A stretch of 64,000 nt of DNA from contig OZ024741.1 in the NCBI GenBank assembly GCA_964016885.1, forward strand, positions 72,602,001 to 72,666,000. The letters are read 5' to 3'. Source of the DNA: Eledone cirrhosa. Lineage: Eukaryota. A program made the translations under genes and the position numbers. This document shows, piece after piece, positions 23,901 to 35,600 of this stretch. The notes beneath the pieces are model-generated. The model was not told the DNA's origin. It searched no databases and saw nothing but the letters and a program-made list of their open reading frames with translations. Every line of letters begins with the position of its first letter. Within the stretch, counting starts at the first letter, position 1.

Positions 23901-26090
23901 AGTTTAGTTGTTGTTGATGGATTAGTTGTTGTTGATAGTTTAGTTGTTGTTGTTACTTTAGTTGTTGTTACTTTAGTTGTTGTTGTTACTTTAGTTGTTG
24001 TTACTTTAGTTGTTGTTGATAGTTTAGTTGTTGTTGTTACTTTAGTTGTTGTTGATAGTTTAGTTGTTGTTGTTACTTTAGTTGTTGTTGTTACTTTAGT
24101 TGTTCTTGTTACTTTAGTTGTTGTTGATAGTTTAGTTGTTGTTGTTACTTCAGTTGTTATTGATAGTTTAGTTGTTGTTGTTACTTTTTGTTGTTGTTAC
24201 TTTAGTTGTTGTTACTTTACTTGTTGTTATTATAGTTGTTGTTGTTTCTTTAGTTGTTGTTGCTACATTAGTTGTTGTTGATAGTTTAGTTGTTGTTGTT
24301 ACTTTAGTTGTTGTTACTTTAGTTGTTGTTGATAGTTTAGTTGTTGTTGTTACTTTAGTTGTTGTTGTTACTTTAGTTGTTGTTGTTACTTTAATTGTTG
24401 TTGATAGTTTAGTTGTTGTTGTTACTTTAGTTGTTGTTGTTACTTTAGTTGTTGTTGATAGTTAAGTTGTTGTTGTTACTTTAGTTGTTGTTACTTTAAT
24501 TGTTGTTGATAGTTTAGTTGTTGTCACTTTAGTTGTTGTTGTTACTTTAATTGTTGTTGCTACTTTAGTTGTTGTTGTTACTTTAATTGTTGTTGATAGT
24601 TTAGTTGGTGTTACTTTAGTTGTTGTTGTTACTTTAGTTGTTGTTGTTACTTTAATTGTTGTTGATAGTTTAGTTGTTGTTACTTTAGTTGTTGTTGTTA
24701 CTTTAGTTGTTGTTGATAGTTTAGTTGTTGTTGATAGTTTAGATGTTGTTGTTACTTTAGTTGTTGTTACTTTAGTTGTTGTTGTTACTTTAGTTGTTGT
24801 TGTTACTTTAGTTGTTGTTGTTACTTTAGTTGGTGTTGTTACTTTAGTTGTTGTTGATAGTTTAGTTGTTGTTGATAGTTTAGTTGTTATTGTTACTTTG
24901 GTTGTTGTTGTTACTTTAGTTGTTGTTGTTACTTTAGTTGTTGTTACTTTAGTTGTTGGTTTTACTTTAGTTGTTGCTGATAGTTTATTTGTTGTTGTTA
25001 CTTTAGTTGTTTTTACTTATGTTGTTGTTGATAGTTTAGTTGTTGTTGTTACTTTAGTTGTTGTTGATAGTTTAGTTGTTGTTGTTTCTTTTTTTGTTGT
25101 TGTTACTTTATTTGTTGTTACTTTAGTTGTTGTTGTTACTTTAGTTGTTGTTACTTTAGTTGTTGTTGTTACTTTAGTTGTTGCTGATAGTTTAGTTGTT
25201 GTTACTTTAGTTGTTGTTGTTACTTTAGTTGTTTTTACTTATGTTGTTGTTGATAGTTTAGCTGTTGTTGTCATTTAGTTGTTGTTGTTACTTAAGTTGT
25301 TGATGTTACTTTTGTTGTTGTTACTTTAATTGTTGTTGATTCTTTAGTTGTTGTTGTTACTTTAGTTATTTTTGTTACTTTAGTTGTTGTTGATAGTTTA
25401 GTTGTTGTTGTTACATTAGTTGTTGTTGTTACTTTAGTTGTTGTTGTTACTTTAGTTGTTGTTGATAGTTTAGTTGTTGTTGTTAGTTTAGTTGTTGTTG
25501 TTACTTTAGTTGTTGTTACTTTAGTTGGTGTTGTTACTTTAGTTATTGTTGATAGTTTAGTTGTTGTTACTTTAGTTGTTGATAGTTTAGTTGTTGTTGT
25601 TACGTTAGTTGTTATTGATAGTTTAGTTGTTGTTGTTATTTAGTTGTTGTTGTTACTTTAGTTGTTGTTGATAGTTTAGTTGTTGTTGTTACTTTAGTTG
25701 TTGTTGTTACTTTAGTTGTTGTTGTTACTTTAATTGTTGTTGATAGTTTAGTTGTTGTTGTTACTTTAGTTGTTGTTGTTACGTTAGTTGTTGTTGATAG
25801 TTTAGTTGTTGTTGTTATTTAGTTGTTGTTGATATTTAGTTTTTGTTGTTACTTTAGTTATTGTTGATAGTTTAGTTGTTGTTGACATTTAATTGTTGTT
25901 GTTACTTTAGTTGTTGTTGTTACTTTAGTTGTTATTGATAGTTTAGTTGTTGCTGTTATTTAGTTGTTGTTGTTACTTTAGATGTTGTTGATAGTTTAGT
26001 TGTTGTTGTTACTTTAGTTGTTGTTGTTACTTTAGTTGTTGTTGTTACTTTAACTGTTGTTGATAGTTTAGTTGTTGTTGTTACTTTAGT
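17950..26090. repeat. Recent tandem duplication, period 4080 bp, each unit holding two related ~2-kb sub-units
   Basis: Track ORF pairs 18107/22187, 20092/24172 and 20818/24898 are all offset by 4080 and the lines match nearly base for base. The second copy has a 54-bp deletion near 25365 (offset then 4026). Internal sub-repeat 18107/20092 has offset 1985. Confidence 0.93.
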
Positions 26091-27979
26091 TGTTGTTGCT
26101 ACGTTAGTTGTTGTTGATAGTTTAGTTGTTGTTGTTATTTAGTTGTTGTTGCTATTTAGTTTTTGTTGTTACTTTAGTTATTGTTTATAGTTTAGTTGTT
26201 GTTTTCATCTAGTTGTTGTTGTTACTTTAGTTGTTGTTGTTACTTTAGTTGTTTTTGATAGTTTAGTTGTTGTTGTTGTTTACTTGTTGTTACTTTAGTT
26301 GTTGTTGTTACTTTAGTTGTTGTTGATAGTTTAGTTGTTGTTGTTGTTTAGTTGTTGTTACTTTAGTTGTTGTTGTTACTTTAGTTATTGTTGATAGTTT
26401 AGTTGTTGTTGTCATCTAGTTGTTGTTGTTACTTTAGTTGTTGTTACTTTAGTTGTTGTTGATAGTTTAGTTGTTGTTGTTATTTAGTTGTTGTTGTTAC
26501 TTTAATTGTTGTTGATAGTTTAGTTGCTGTTGTTACTTTAGTTGTTGTTGTTACTTTACTTGTTGTTGATAGTTTAGTTGTTGTTGTTACTTTAGTTGTT
26601 GTTGTTACTTTAATTGTTGTTGATAGTTTAGTTGTTGTTACTTTTGTTGTTGTTGTTACTTTAGTTGTTGTTGATAGTTTAGTTGTTGTTGATAGTTTAT
26701 TTGTTATTGTTACTTTAGTTGTTGTTGTTACTTTAGTTGTTGTTGTTACTTTAGTTGTTATTGTTACTTTAATTGTTGATGATAGTTTAGTTGTTGTTGT
26801 TACTTTAGTTGTTGTTGTTACTTTAGTTGTTGTTGATAGTTAAGTTGTTGTTGTTACTTTAGTTGTTGTTACTTTAATTGTTGTTGATATTTTAGTTGTT
26901 GTTGTTACTTTAGTTGTTGTTACTTTAGTTGTTGTTGATAGTTTAGTTGTTGTTGTTACTTTAGTTGTTGTTGTTACTTTAGTTGTTGTTGTTACTTTAA
27001 TTGTTGTTGATAGTTTAGTTGTTGTTGATAGTTTATTTGTTATTGTTACTTTAGTTGTTGTTGTTACTTTAGTTGTTGTTGTTACTTTAGTTGTTATTGT
27101 TACTTTAATTGTTGATGATAGTTTAGTTGTTGTTGTTACTTTAGTTGTTGTTGTTACTTTAGTTGTTGTTGATAGTTAAGTTGTTGTTGTTACTTTAGTT
27201 GTTGTTACTTTAATTGTTGTTGATAGTTTAGTTGTTGTTGTTACTTTAGTTGTTGTTACTTTAGTTGTTGTTGATAGTTAAGTTGTTGTTGTTACTTTAG
27301 TTGTTGTTACTTTAATTGTTGTTGATAGTTTAGTTGTTGTCACTTTAGTTGTTGTTGTTACTTTAGTTGTTGTTGTTACTTTAATTGTTGTTGCTACTTT
27401 AGTTGTTGCTGTTACTTTAGTTGTTGTTGTTACTTTAGTTGGTGTTGTTACTTTAGTTGTTGTTGTTACTTTAGTTGTTGTCACTTTAGTCGTTGTTGAT
27501 AGTTTAGTTGTTGTTGTTATTTAGTTGTTGTTGTTACTTTAATTGTTGTTGATAGTTTAGTTGCTGTTGTTACTTTAGTTGTGGTTGTTACTTTAGTTGT
27601 TGTTGATAGTTTAGTTGTTGTTGTTACTTTAGTTGTTGTTGTTACTTTAATTGTTTTTGATAGTTTAGTTGTTACTTTAGTTGTTGTTGTTACTTTAGTT
27701 GTTGTTGATAGTTTAGTTGTTGTTGTTACTTTAGTTGTTGTTGTTACTTTAGTTGGTGTTGTTACTTTAGTTGTTGTTGATAGTTTAGTTGTTGTTGATA
27801 GTTTAGTTGTTATTGTTACTTTAGTTGTTGTTGTTACTTTAGTTGTTGTTGTTACTTTAGTTGTTGTTGTTACTTTAGTTGTTGTTACTTTAGTTGTTGT
27901 TGTTACTTTAGTTGTTGTTGTTACTTTAGTTGTTGTTGTTACTTTAGTTGTTGTTGATAGTTTAGTTGTTGTTGTTACT

Positions 27980-29420
27980 TTAGTTGTTGTTGTTACTTTT
28001 TTTGTTGTTGTTACTTTATTTGTTGTTACTTTAGTTGTTGTTGTTACTTTAGTTGTTGTTACTTTAGTTGTTGTTGTTACTTTAGTTGTTGCTGATAGTT
28101 TAGTTGTTGTTACTTTAGTTGTTGCTGATAGTTTAGTTGTTGTTGTTACTTTAGTTGTTTTTACTTATGTTGTTGTTGATAGTTTAGCTGTTGTTGTCAT
28201 TTAGTTGTTGTTGTTACTTAAGTTGTTGATGTTACTTTAGTTGTTGTTACTTTAGTTGTTGTTGATAGTGTAGTTGTTGTTGCTTTAGTTGTTGTTGATA
28301 GTTTAGTTGTTGTTGTTACTTTAGTTGTTGTTACTTTAGATGTTGTTGTTACTTTAGTTGTTGTTACTTTAGTTGTTGTTGTTACTTTAATTGTTGTTGA
28401 TACTTTAGTTGTTGTTGTTACTTTAGTTGTTGTTGATAGTTTAGTTGTTGTAGATAGTTCAGTTGTTGTTGTTACTTTAGTTATTTTTGTTACTTTAGTT
28501 GTTGTTGATAGTTTAGTTGTTGTTGTTATTTAGTTGTTGTTGTTACTTTAATTGTTGTTGATAGTTTAGTTGCTGTTGTTACTTTAGTTGTTGTTGTTAC
28601 TTTACTTGTTGTTGATAGTTTAGTTGTTGTTGTTACTTTAGTTGTTGCTGTTACTTTAATTGTTGTTGATAGTTTAGTTGTTGTTACTTTAGTTGTTGTT
28701 GTTACTTTAGTTGTTGTTGATAGTTTAGTTGTTGTTGATAGTTAATTTGTTATTGTTACTTTAGTTGTTGTTGTTACTTTAGTTGTTGTTGTTACTTTAG
28801 TTGTTGTTGTTACTTTAATTGTTGATGATAGTTTAGTTGTTGTTGTTACTTTAGTTGTTGTTGTAACTTTAGTTGTTGTTGATAGTTTAGTTGTTGTTGT
28901 TACTTTTTTTGTTGTTGTTACTTTATTTGTTGTTACTTTAGTTGTTGTTGTTACTTTAGTTGTTGTTACTTTAGTTGTTGTTGTTACTTTAGTTGTTGCT
29001 GATAGTTTAGTTGTTGTTACTTTAGTTGTTGCTGATAGTTTAGTTGTTGTTGTTACTTTAGTTGTTTTTACTTATGTTGTTGTTGATAGTTTAGCTGTTG
29101 TTGTCATTTAGTTGTTGTTGTTACTTAAGTTGTTGATGTTACTTTAGTTGTTGTTACTTTAGTTGTTGTTGATAATGTAGTTGTTGTTGCTTTAGTTGTT
29201 GTTGATAGTTTAGTTGTTGTTGTTACTTTAGTTGTTGTCACTTTAGATGTTGTTGTTACTTTAGTTGTTGTTACTTTAGTTGTTGTTGTTACTTTAATTG
29301 TTGTTGATACTTTAGTTGTTGTTGTTACTTTAGTTGTTGTTGATAGTTTAGTTGTTGTAGATAGTTCAGTTGTTGTTGTTACTTTAGTTATTCTTGTTAC
29401 TTTAGTTGTTGCTGATAGTT
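27980..29420. repeat. Local duplication, offset 907 bp
   Basis: ACTTATG at 28163/29070 and GTAGATAGTTCAG at 28450/29357. Confidence 0.8.
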
Positions 29421-32400
29421 TAGTTGTTGTTGTTACATTAGTTGTTGTTGTTACTTTAGTTGTTGTTGTTACTTTAGTTGTTGTTGATAATTTAGTTGTT
29501 GTTGTTAGTTTAGTTGTTGTTGTTACTTTAGTTGTTGTTACTTTAGTTGGTGTTGTTACTTTAGTTATTGTTGATAGTTTAGTTGTTGTTACTTTAGTTG
29601 TTGATAGTTTAGTTGTTGTTGTTACTTAAGTTGTTGTTGTTACTTTAGTTGTTGTTGTTACTTTAGTTGTTGTTGATAGTTTAGTTGTTGTTGTTACCTT
29701 AGTTGTTCTTGATAGTTTAATTGTTGTTGTTACTTTAGTTGTTGTTACTTTAGTTGTTGTTGATAGTTTAGTTGTTGTTGTTACTTGAGTTGTTGTTGTT
29801 ACTTTAGTTGTTGTTGTTACTTTAGTTGTTGTTGATAGTTTAGTTGTTGTTGTTACTTCAGTTGTTGTTGATAGTTTAGTTGTTGTTGTTACTTTTTTGT
29901 TGCTGTTACTTTAGTTGTTGTTACTTTAGTTGTTGTTACTATAGTTGTTGGTGTTACTTTAGTTGTTGTCGATAGTTTAGTTGTTGTTGTTACTTTAGTT
30001 GTTGTTGTTACATTAGTTGTTGTTGATACTTTAGTTGTTGTTGTTACTTTAGTTGTTGTTGATAGTTTACTTGCTGTTGTTATTTAGTTGTTGTTGTTAT
30101 TTAGTTTTTGTTGTTCCTTTAGTTATCGTTGATAGTTTAGTTGTTGTTGACATTTAATTGTTGTTGTTACTTTAGTTGTTGTTGTTACTTTAGTTGTTGT
30201 TGATAGTTTAGTTGTTGTTGTTACTATTAGTTGTTGTTGTTACTTTAGTTTTTGTAGTTACTTTAATTGTTGTTGATAGTTAAGTTGTTGTTGTTACTTT
30301 AGTTGTTGTTGTTACGTTAGTTGTTGTTGATAGTTTAGTTGTTGTTGTTATTTAGTTGTTGTTGCTGTTTAGTTTTTGTTGTTACTTTAGTTATTGTTGA
30401 TAGTTTAGTTGTTGTTGACATTTAATTGTTGTTGTTACTTTAGTTGTTTTTGTTACTTTAGTTGTTATTGATAGTTTAGTTGTTGCTGTTATTTAGTTGT
30501 TGTTGTTACTTTAGTTGTTGTTGATAGTTTAGTTGTTGTTGTTACTTTAGTTGTTGTTGTTACTTTAGTTGATGTTGTTACTTTAACTGTTGTTGATAGT
30601 TTAGTTGTTGTTGTTACTTTAGTTGTTGTTGTTACGTTAGTTGTTGTTGATAGTTTAGTTGTTGTTGTTATTTAGTTGTTGTTGCTATTTAGTTTTTGTT
30701 GTTACTTTAGTTATTGTTGATAGTTTAGTTGTTGTTGTCATTTAGTTGTTGTTGTTACTTTAGTTGTTGTTGTTACTTTAGTTGTTGTTGATAGTTTAGT
30801 TGTTGTTGTTGTTTAGTTGTTGTTACTTTAGTTGTTGTTGTTACTTTAGTTGTTATTGATAGTTTAGTTGTTGTTGTTATTTAGTTGTTGTTGTTACTTT
30901 AGTTGTTGTTGATAGTTTAGTTGTTGTTGTTACTTTAGTTGTTGTTGTTACTTTAGTTGTTGTTTTTACTTTAATTGTTGTTGATAGTTTAGTTGTTGTT
31001 GTTACTTTAGTTGTTGTTGTTACGTTAGTTGTTGTTGATTGTTTAGTTGTTGTTGTTATTTAGTTGTTGTTGCTATTTAGTTTTTGTTGTTACTTTAGTT
31101 ATTGTTGATAGTTTAGTTGTTGTTGACATTTAATTGTTGTTGTTACTTTAGTTGTTGTTGTTACTTTAGTTGTTATTGATAGTTTAGTTGTTGTTGTTGT
31201 TTAGTTGTTACTTTAGTTGTTGTTGATAGTTTAGTTGTTGTTGTTACTTTAGTTGTTGTTGTTACTTTAGTTATTGTTGATAGTTTAGTTGTTGTTGTCA
31301 TTTAGTTGTTGTTGTTACTTTAGTTGTTGTTACTTTAGTTGTTGTTGATAGTTTAGTTGTTGTTGTTATTTAGTTGTTGTTGTTACTTTAATTGTTGTTG
31401 ATAGTTTAGTTGCTGTTGTTACTTTAGTTGTTGTTGTTACTTTACTTCTTGTTGATAGTTTAGTTGTTGTTGTTACTTTAGTTGTTGTTGTTACTTTAAT
31501 TGTTGTTGATAGTTTAGTTGTTGTTACTTTAGTTGTTGTTGTTACTTTAGTTGTTGTTGATAGTTTAGTTGTTATTGATAGTTTATTTGTTATTGTTACT
31601 TTAGTTGTTGTTGTTACTTTAGTTGTTGTTGTTACTTTAGTTGTTGTTACTTTAGTTGTTGTTGTTACTTTAGTTGTTGTTGTTACTTTAGTTGTTGTTG
31701 TTACTTTAGTTGGTGTTGTTACTTTAGTTGTTGTTGATAGTTTAGTTGTTGTTGATAGTTTAGTTGTTATTGTTACTTTAGTTGTTGTTGTTACTTTAGT
31801 TGTTGTTGTTACTTTAGTTGTTGTTGTTGTTACTTTAGTTGTTGTTAATAGTTTAGTTGTCGTTACTTTAGTTGTTGTTGATACTTTAGTTGTTGTTGTT
31901 ACTTTTTGTTGTTGTTGTTACTTTAGTTGTTGTTACTTTAGTTGTTGTTGTTACTTTAGTTGTTGTTGTTAATTTAGTTGTTTTTACTTATGTTGTTGTT
32001 GATAGTTTAGCTGTTGCTGTCATTTAGTTGTTGTTGTTACTTAAGTTGTTGTTGTTACTTTAGTTGTTGTTGTTACTTTATTTGTTGTTGATAGTTTAGT
32101 TGTTGTTGTTACTTTAGTTTTTGTTACTTTAGTTGTTGTTACTTTAGTTGTTGTTACTTTAGTTGTTGTTGTTAGTTTAGTCGTTGTTGATAGATTAGTT
32201 GTTGTTGATAGTTTAGTTGTTGTTGTTACTTTAGTTGTTGTTGTTACTTTAGTTGTTGTTGTTACTTTAGTTTTCGTTGATAGTTTAGTTGTTGTTGTTT
32301 CTGTAGTTGTTGTTGATAGTTTAGTTGATGTTGTTACTTTTTGTTGTTGTTACTTTAGTTGTTGTTACTTTACTTGTTGTTACTATAGTTGTTGTTGTTA

Positions 32401-32689
32401 CTTTAGTTGTTGTTGTTACATTAGTTGTTGTTGATAGTTTAGTTGTTGTTGTTACTTTAGTTGTTGTTACTTTACTTGTTGTTGATAGTTTAGTTGTTGT
32501 TGTTACTTTAGTTGTTGTTGTTACTTTAGTTGTTGTTGTTACTTTAGTTGTTGTTGTTACTTTAATTGTTGTTGATAGTTTAGTTGTTGTTGTTACTTTA
32601 GTTGTTGTTGTTACTTTAGTTGTTGTTGATAGTTAAGTTGTTGTTGTTACTTTAGTTGTTGTTACTTTAATTGTTGTTGATAGTTTAGT

Positions 32690-35600
32690 TGTTGTCACTT
32701 TAGTTGTTGTTGTTACTTTATTTGTTGTTGTTACTTTAGTTGTTGTTGTTACTTTAGTTGGTGTTGTTACTTTAGTTGTTGTTATTACTTTAGTTGTTGC
32801 CACTTTAGTTGTTGTTGATAGTTTAGTTGTTGTTGTTATTTAGTTGTTGTTACTTTAATTGTTGTTGATAGTTTAGTTGCTGTTGTTACTTTAGTTGTGG
32901 TTGTTACTTTAGTTGTTGTTGATAGTTAAGTTGTTGTTGTTACTTTAGTTGTTGTTACTTTAATTGTTGTTGATAGTTTAGTTGTTGTCACTTTAGTTGT
33001 TGTTGCTACTTTAGTTGTTGTTGTTACTTTAGTTGTTGTTGTTACTTTAGTTGGTGTTGTTACTTTAGTTGTTGTTGTTACTTTAGTTGTTGTCACTTTA
33101 GTTGTTGTTGATAGTTTAGTTGTTGTTGTTACTTTAGTTGTTGTTGTTACTTTAATTGTTTTTGATAGTTTAGTTGTTACTTTATTTGTTGTTGTTACTT
33201 TAATTGTTGTTGATAGTTTAGTTGTTGTTGTTACTTTAGTTGTTGTTGTTACTTTAGTTGGTGTTGTTACTTTAGTTGTTGTTGATAGTTTAGTTGTTGT
33301 TGATAGTTTAGTTGATATTGTTACTTTAGTTGTTGTTGTTACTTTAGTTGTTGTTGTTACTTTAGTTGTTGTTGTTACTTTAGTTGTTGTTACTTTAGTT
33401 GTTGTTGTTACTTTAGTTGTTGTTGTTACTTTAGTTGTTGTTGTTACTTTAGTTGTTGTTGATAGTTTAGTTGTTGTTGTTACTTTAGTTGTTGTTGATA
33501 GTTTAGTTGTTGTTGTTACTTTTTTTGTTGTTGTTACTTTATTTGTTGTTACTTTAGTTGTTGTTGTTACTTTAGTTGTTGTTACTTTAGTTGTTGTTGT
33601 TACTTTAGTTGTTGCTGATAGTTTAGTTGTTGTTACTTTAGTTGTTGCTGATAGTTTAGTTGTTGTTGTTACTTTAGTTGTTTTTTACTTATGTTGTTGT
33701 TGATAGTTTAGCTGTTGTTGTCATTTAGTTGTTGTTGTTACTTAAGTTGTTGATGTTACTTTAGTTGTTGTTACTTTAGTTGTTGTTGATAGTGTAGTTG
33801 TTGTTGCTTTAGTTGTTGTTGATAGTTTAGTTGTTGTTGTTACTTTAGTTGTTGTTACTTTAGTTGTTGTTGTTACTTTAGTTGTTGTTACTTTAGTTGT
33901 TGTTGTTACTTTAATTGTTTTTGATACTTTAGTTGTTGTTGTTACTTTAGTTGTTGTTGATAGTTTAGTTGTTGTTGATAGTTCAGTTGTTGTTGTTACT
34001 TTAGTTATTGTTGTTACTTTAGTTGTTGTTGATAGTTTAGTTGTTGTTGTTACATTAGTTGTTGTTGTTACTTTAGTTGTTGTTGTTACTTTAGTTGTTG
34101 TTGATAATTTAGTTGTTGCTGTTAGTTTAGTTGTTGTTGTTACTTTAGTTGTTGTTACTTTAGTTGTTGATAGTTTAGTTGTTGTTGTTACTTTAGTTGT
34201 TGTTGTTACTTTAGTTGTTGTTGATAGTTTAGTTGTTGTTGTTACTTCAGTTGTTGTTGATAGTTTAGTTGTTGTTGTTACTTTAGTTGTTGTTGATAGT
34301 TTAGTTGCTGTTGTTATTTAGTTGTTGTTGTTATTTAGTTTTTGTTGTTACTTTAGTTATCGTTGATAGTTTAGTTGTTGTTGACATTTAATTGTTGTTG
34401 TTACTTTAGTTGTTGTTGTTACTTTAGTTGTTGTTGATAGTTTGTTGTTGTTGTTAGTTTAGTTGTTGTTGTTGTTAGTTTAGTTCTTGTTGAAACTTTA
34501 GTTGTTGTTGTTACTTTAGTTGTTGTTGTTAGTTTAGTTGTTGTTGTAACTTTAGTTGTTGTTGATAGTTTAGTTGTTGTTGTTACTTTAGTTGTTGTTG
34601 TTACTTTAGTTGTTGTTGTTACTTTAGTTGTTGTTGATAGTTTAGTTGTTGTTGTTACTTTAGTTGTTGTTGTTACTTTAGTTGTTGTTGTTACTTTAGT
34701 TGTTGTTACTTTAGTTGTTGTTATTACTTTAGTTGTTATAGTTACTTTAGTTGTTGATACTTTAGTTGTTGTTACTTTAGTTGTTGTTGATAGTTTAGTT
34801 GTTGTTGATAGTTCAGTTGTTGTTGTTACTTTAGTTGTTGTTGTTACTTTAGTTGTTGTTGATAGTTTAGTTGTTGTCGTTACTTTAGTTGTTGTTGTTA
34901 CTTTAGTTGTTGTTGTTACTTTAGTTGTTGTTGTTACTTTAGTTGTTGTTGATAATTTAGTTGTTGTTGCTAATTTAGTTGTTGTTACTTTAGTTGTTGT
35001 TACTTTAGTTGGTGTTGTTACTTTAGTTATTGTTGATTGTTTAGTTGTTGTTACTTTACTTGTTGTTGTTACTTTAGTTGTTGATAGTTTAGTTGTTGTT
35101 GTTACTTTAGTTGTTGTTACTTTAGTTGTTGTTGATAGTTTAGTCGTTGTTACTTTAGTTGTTGTTGTTACTTTAGTTGTTTTTGTTACTTTAGTTGTTG
35201 TTGATAGTTTAGTTGTTGTTGTTACTTTTTTGTTGCTGTTACTTTAGTTGTTGTTACTTTAGTTGTTGTTACTATAGTTGTTGTTGTTACTTTAGTTGTT
35301 GTTGATAGTTTAGTTGTTGTTGTTAATTTAGTTGTTGTTGTTACATTAGTTGTTGTTGATAGTTTAGTTGTTGTTGTTACTTTAGTTGTTGTTGATAGTT
35401 TAGTTGCTGTTGTTATTTAGTTGTTGTTGTTATTTAGTTGTTGTTGTTACTTTAGTTGTTGTTGATAGTTTAGTTGTTGTTGTTACTTTAGTTGTTGTCG
35501 TAGCTTTAGTTGTTGTTGTTACTTTAATTGTTGTTGATAGTTTAGTTGTTGTTGTTACTTTAGTTGTTGTTGTTACGTTAGTTGTTGTTGATAGTTTAGT

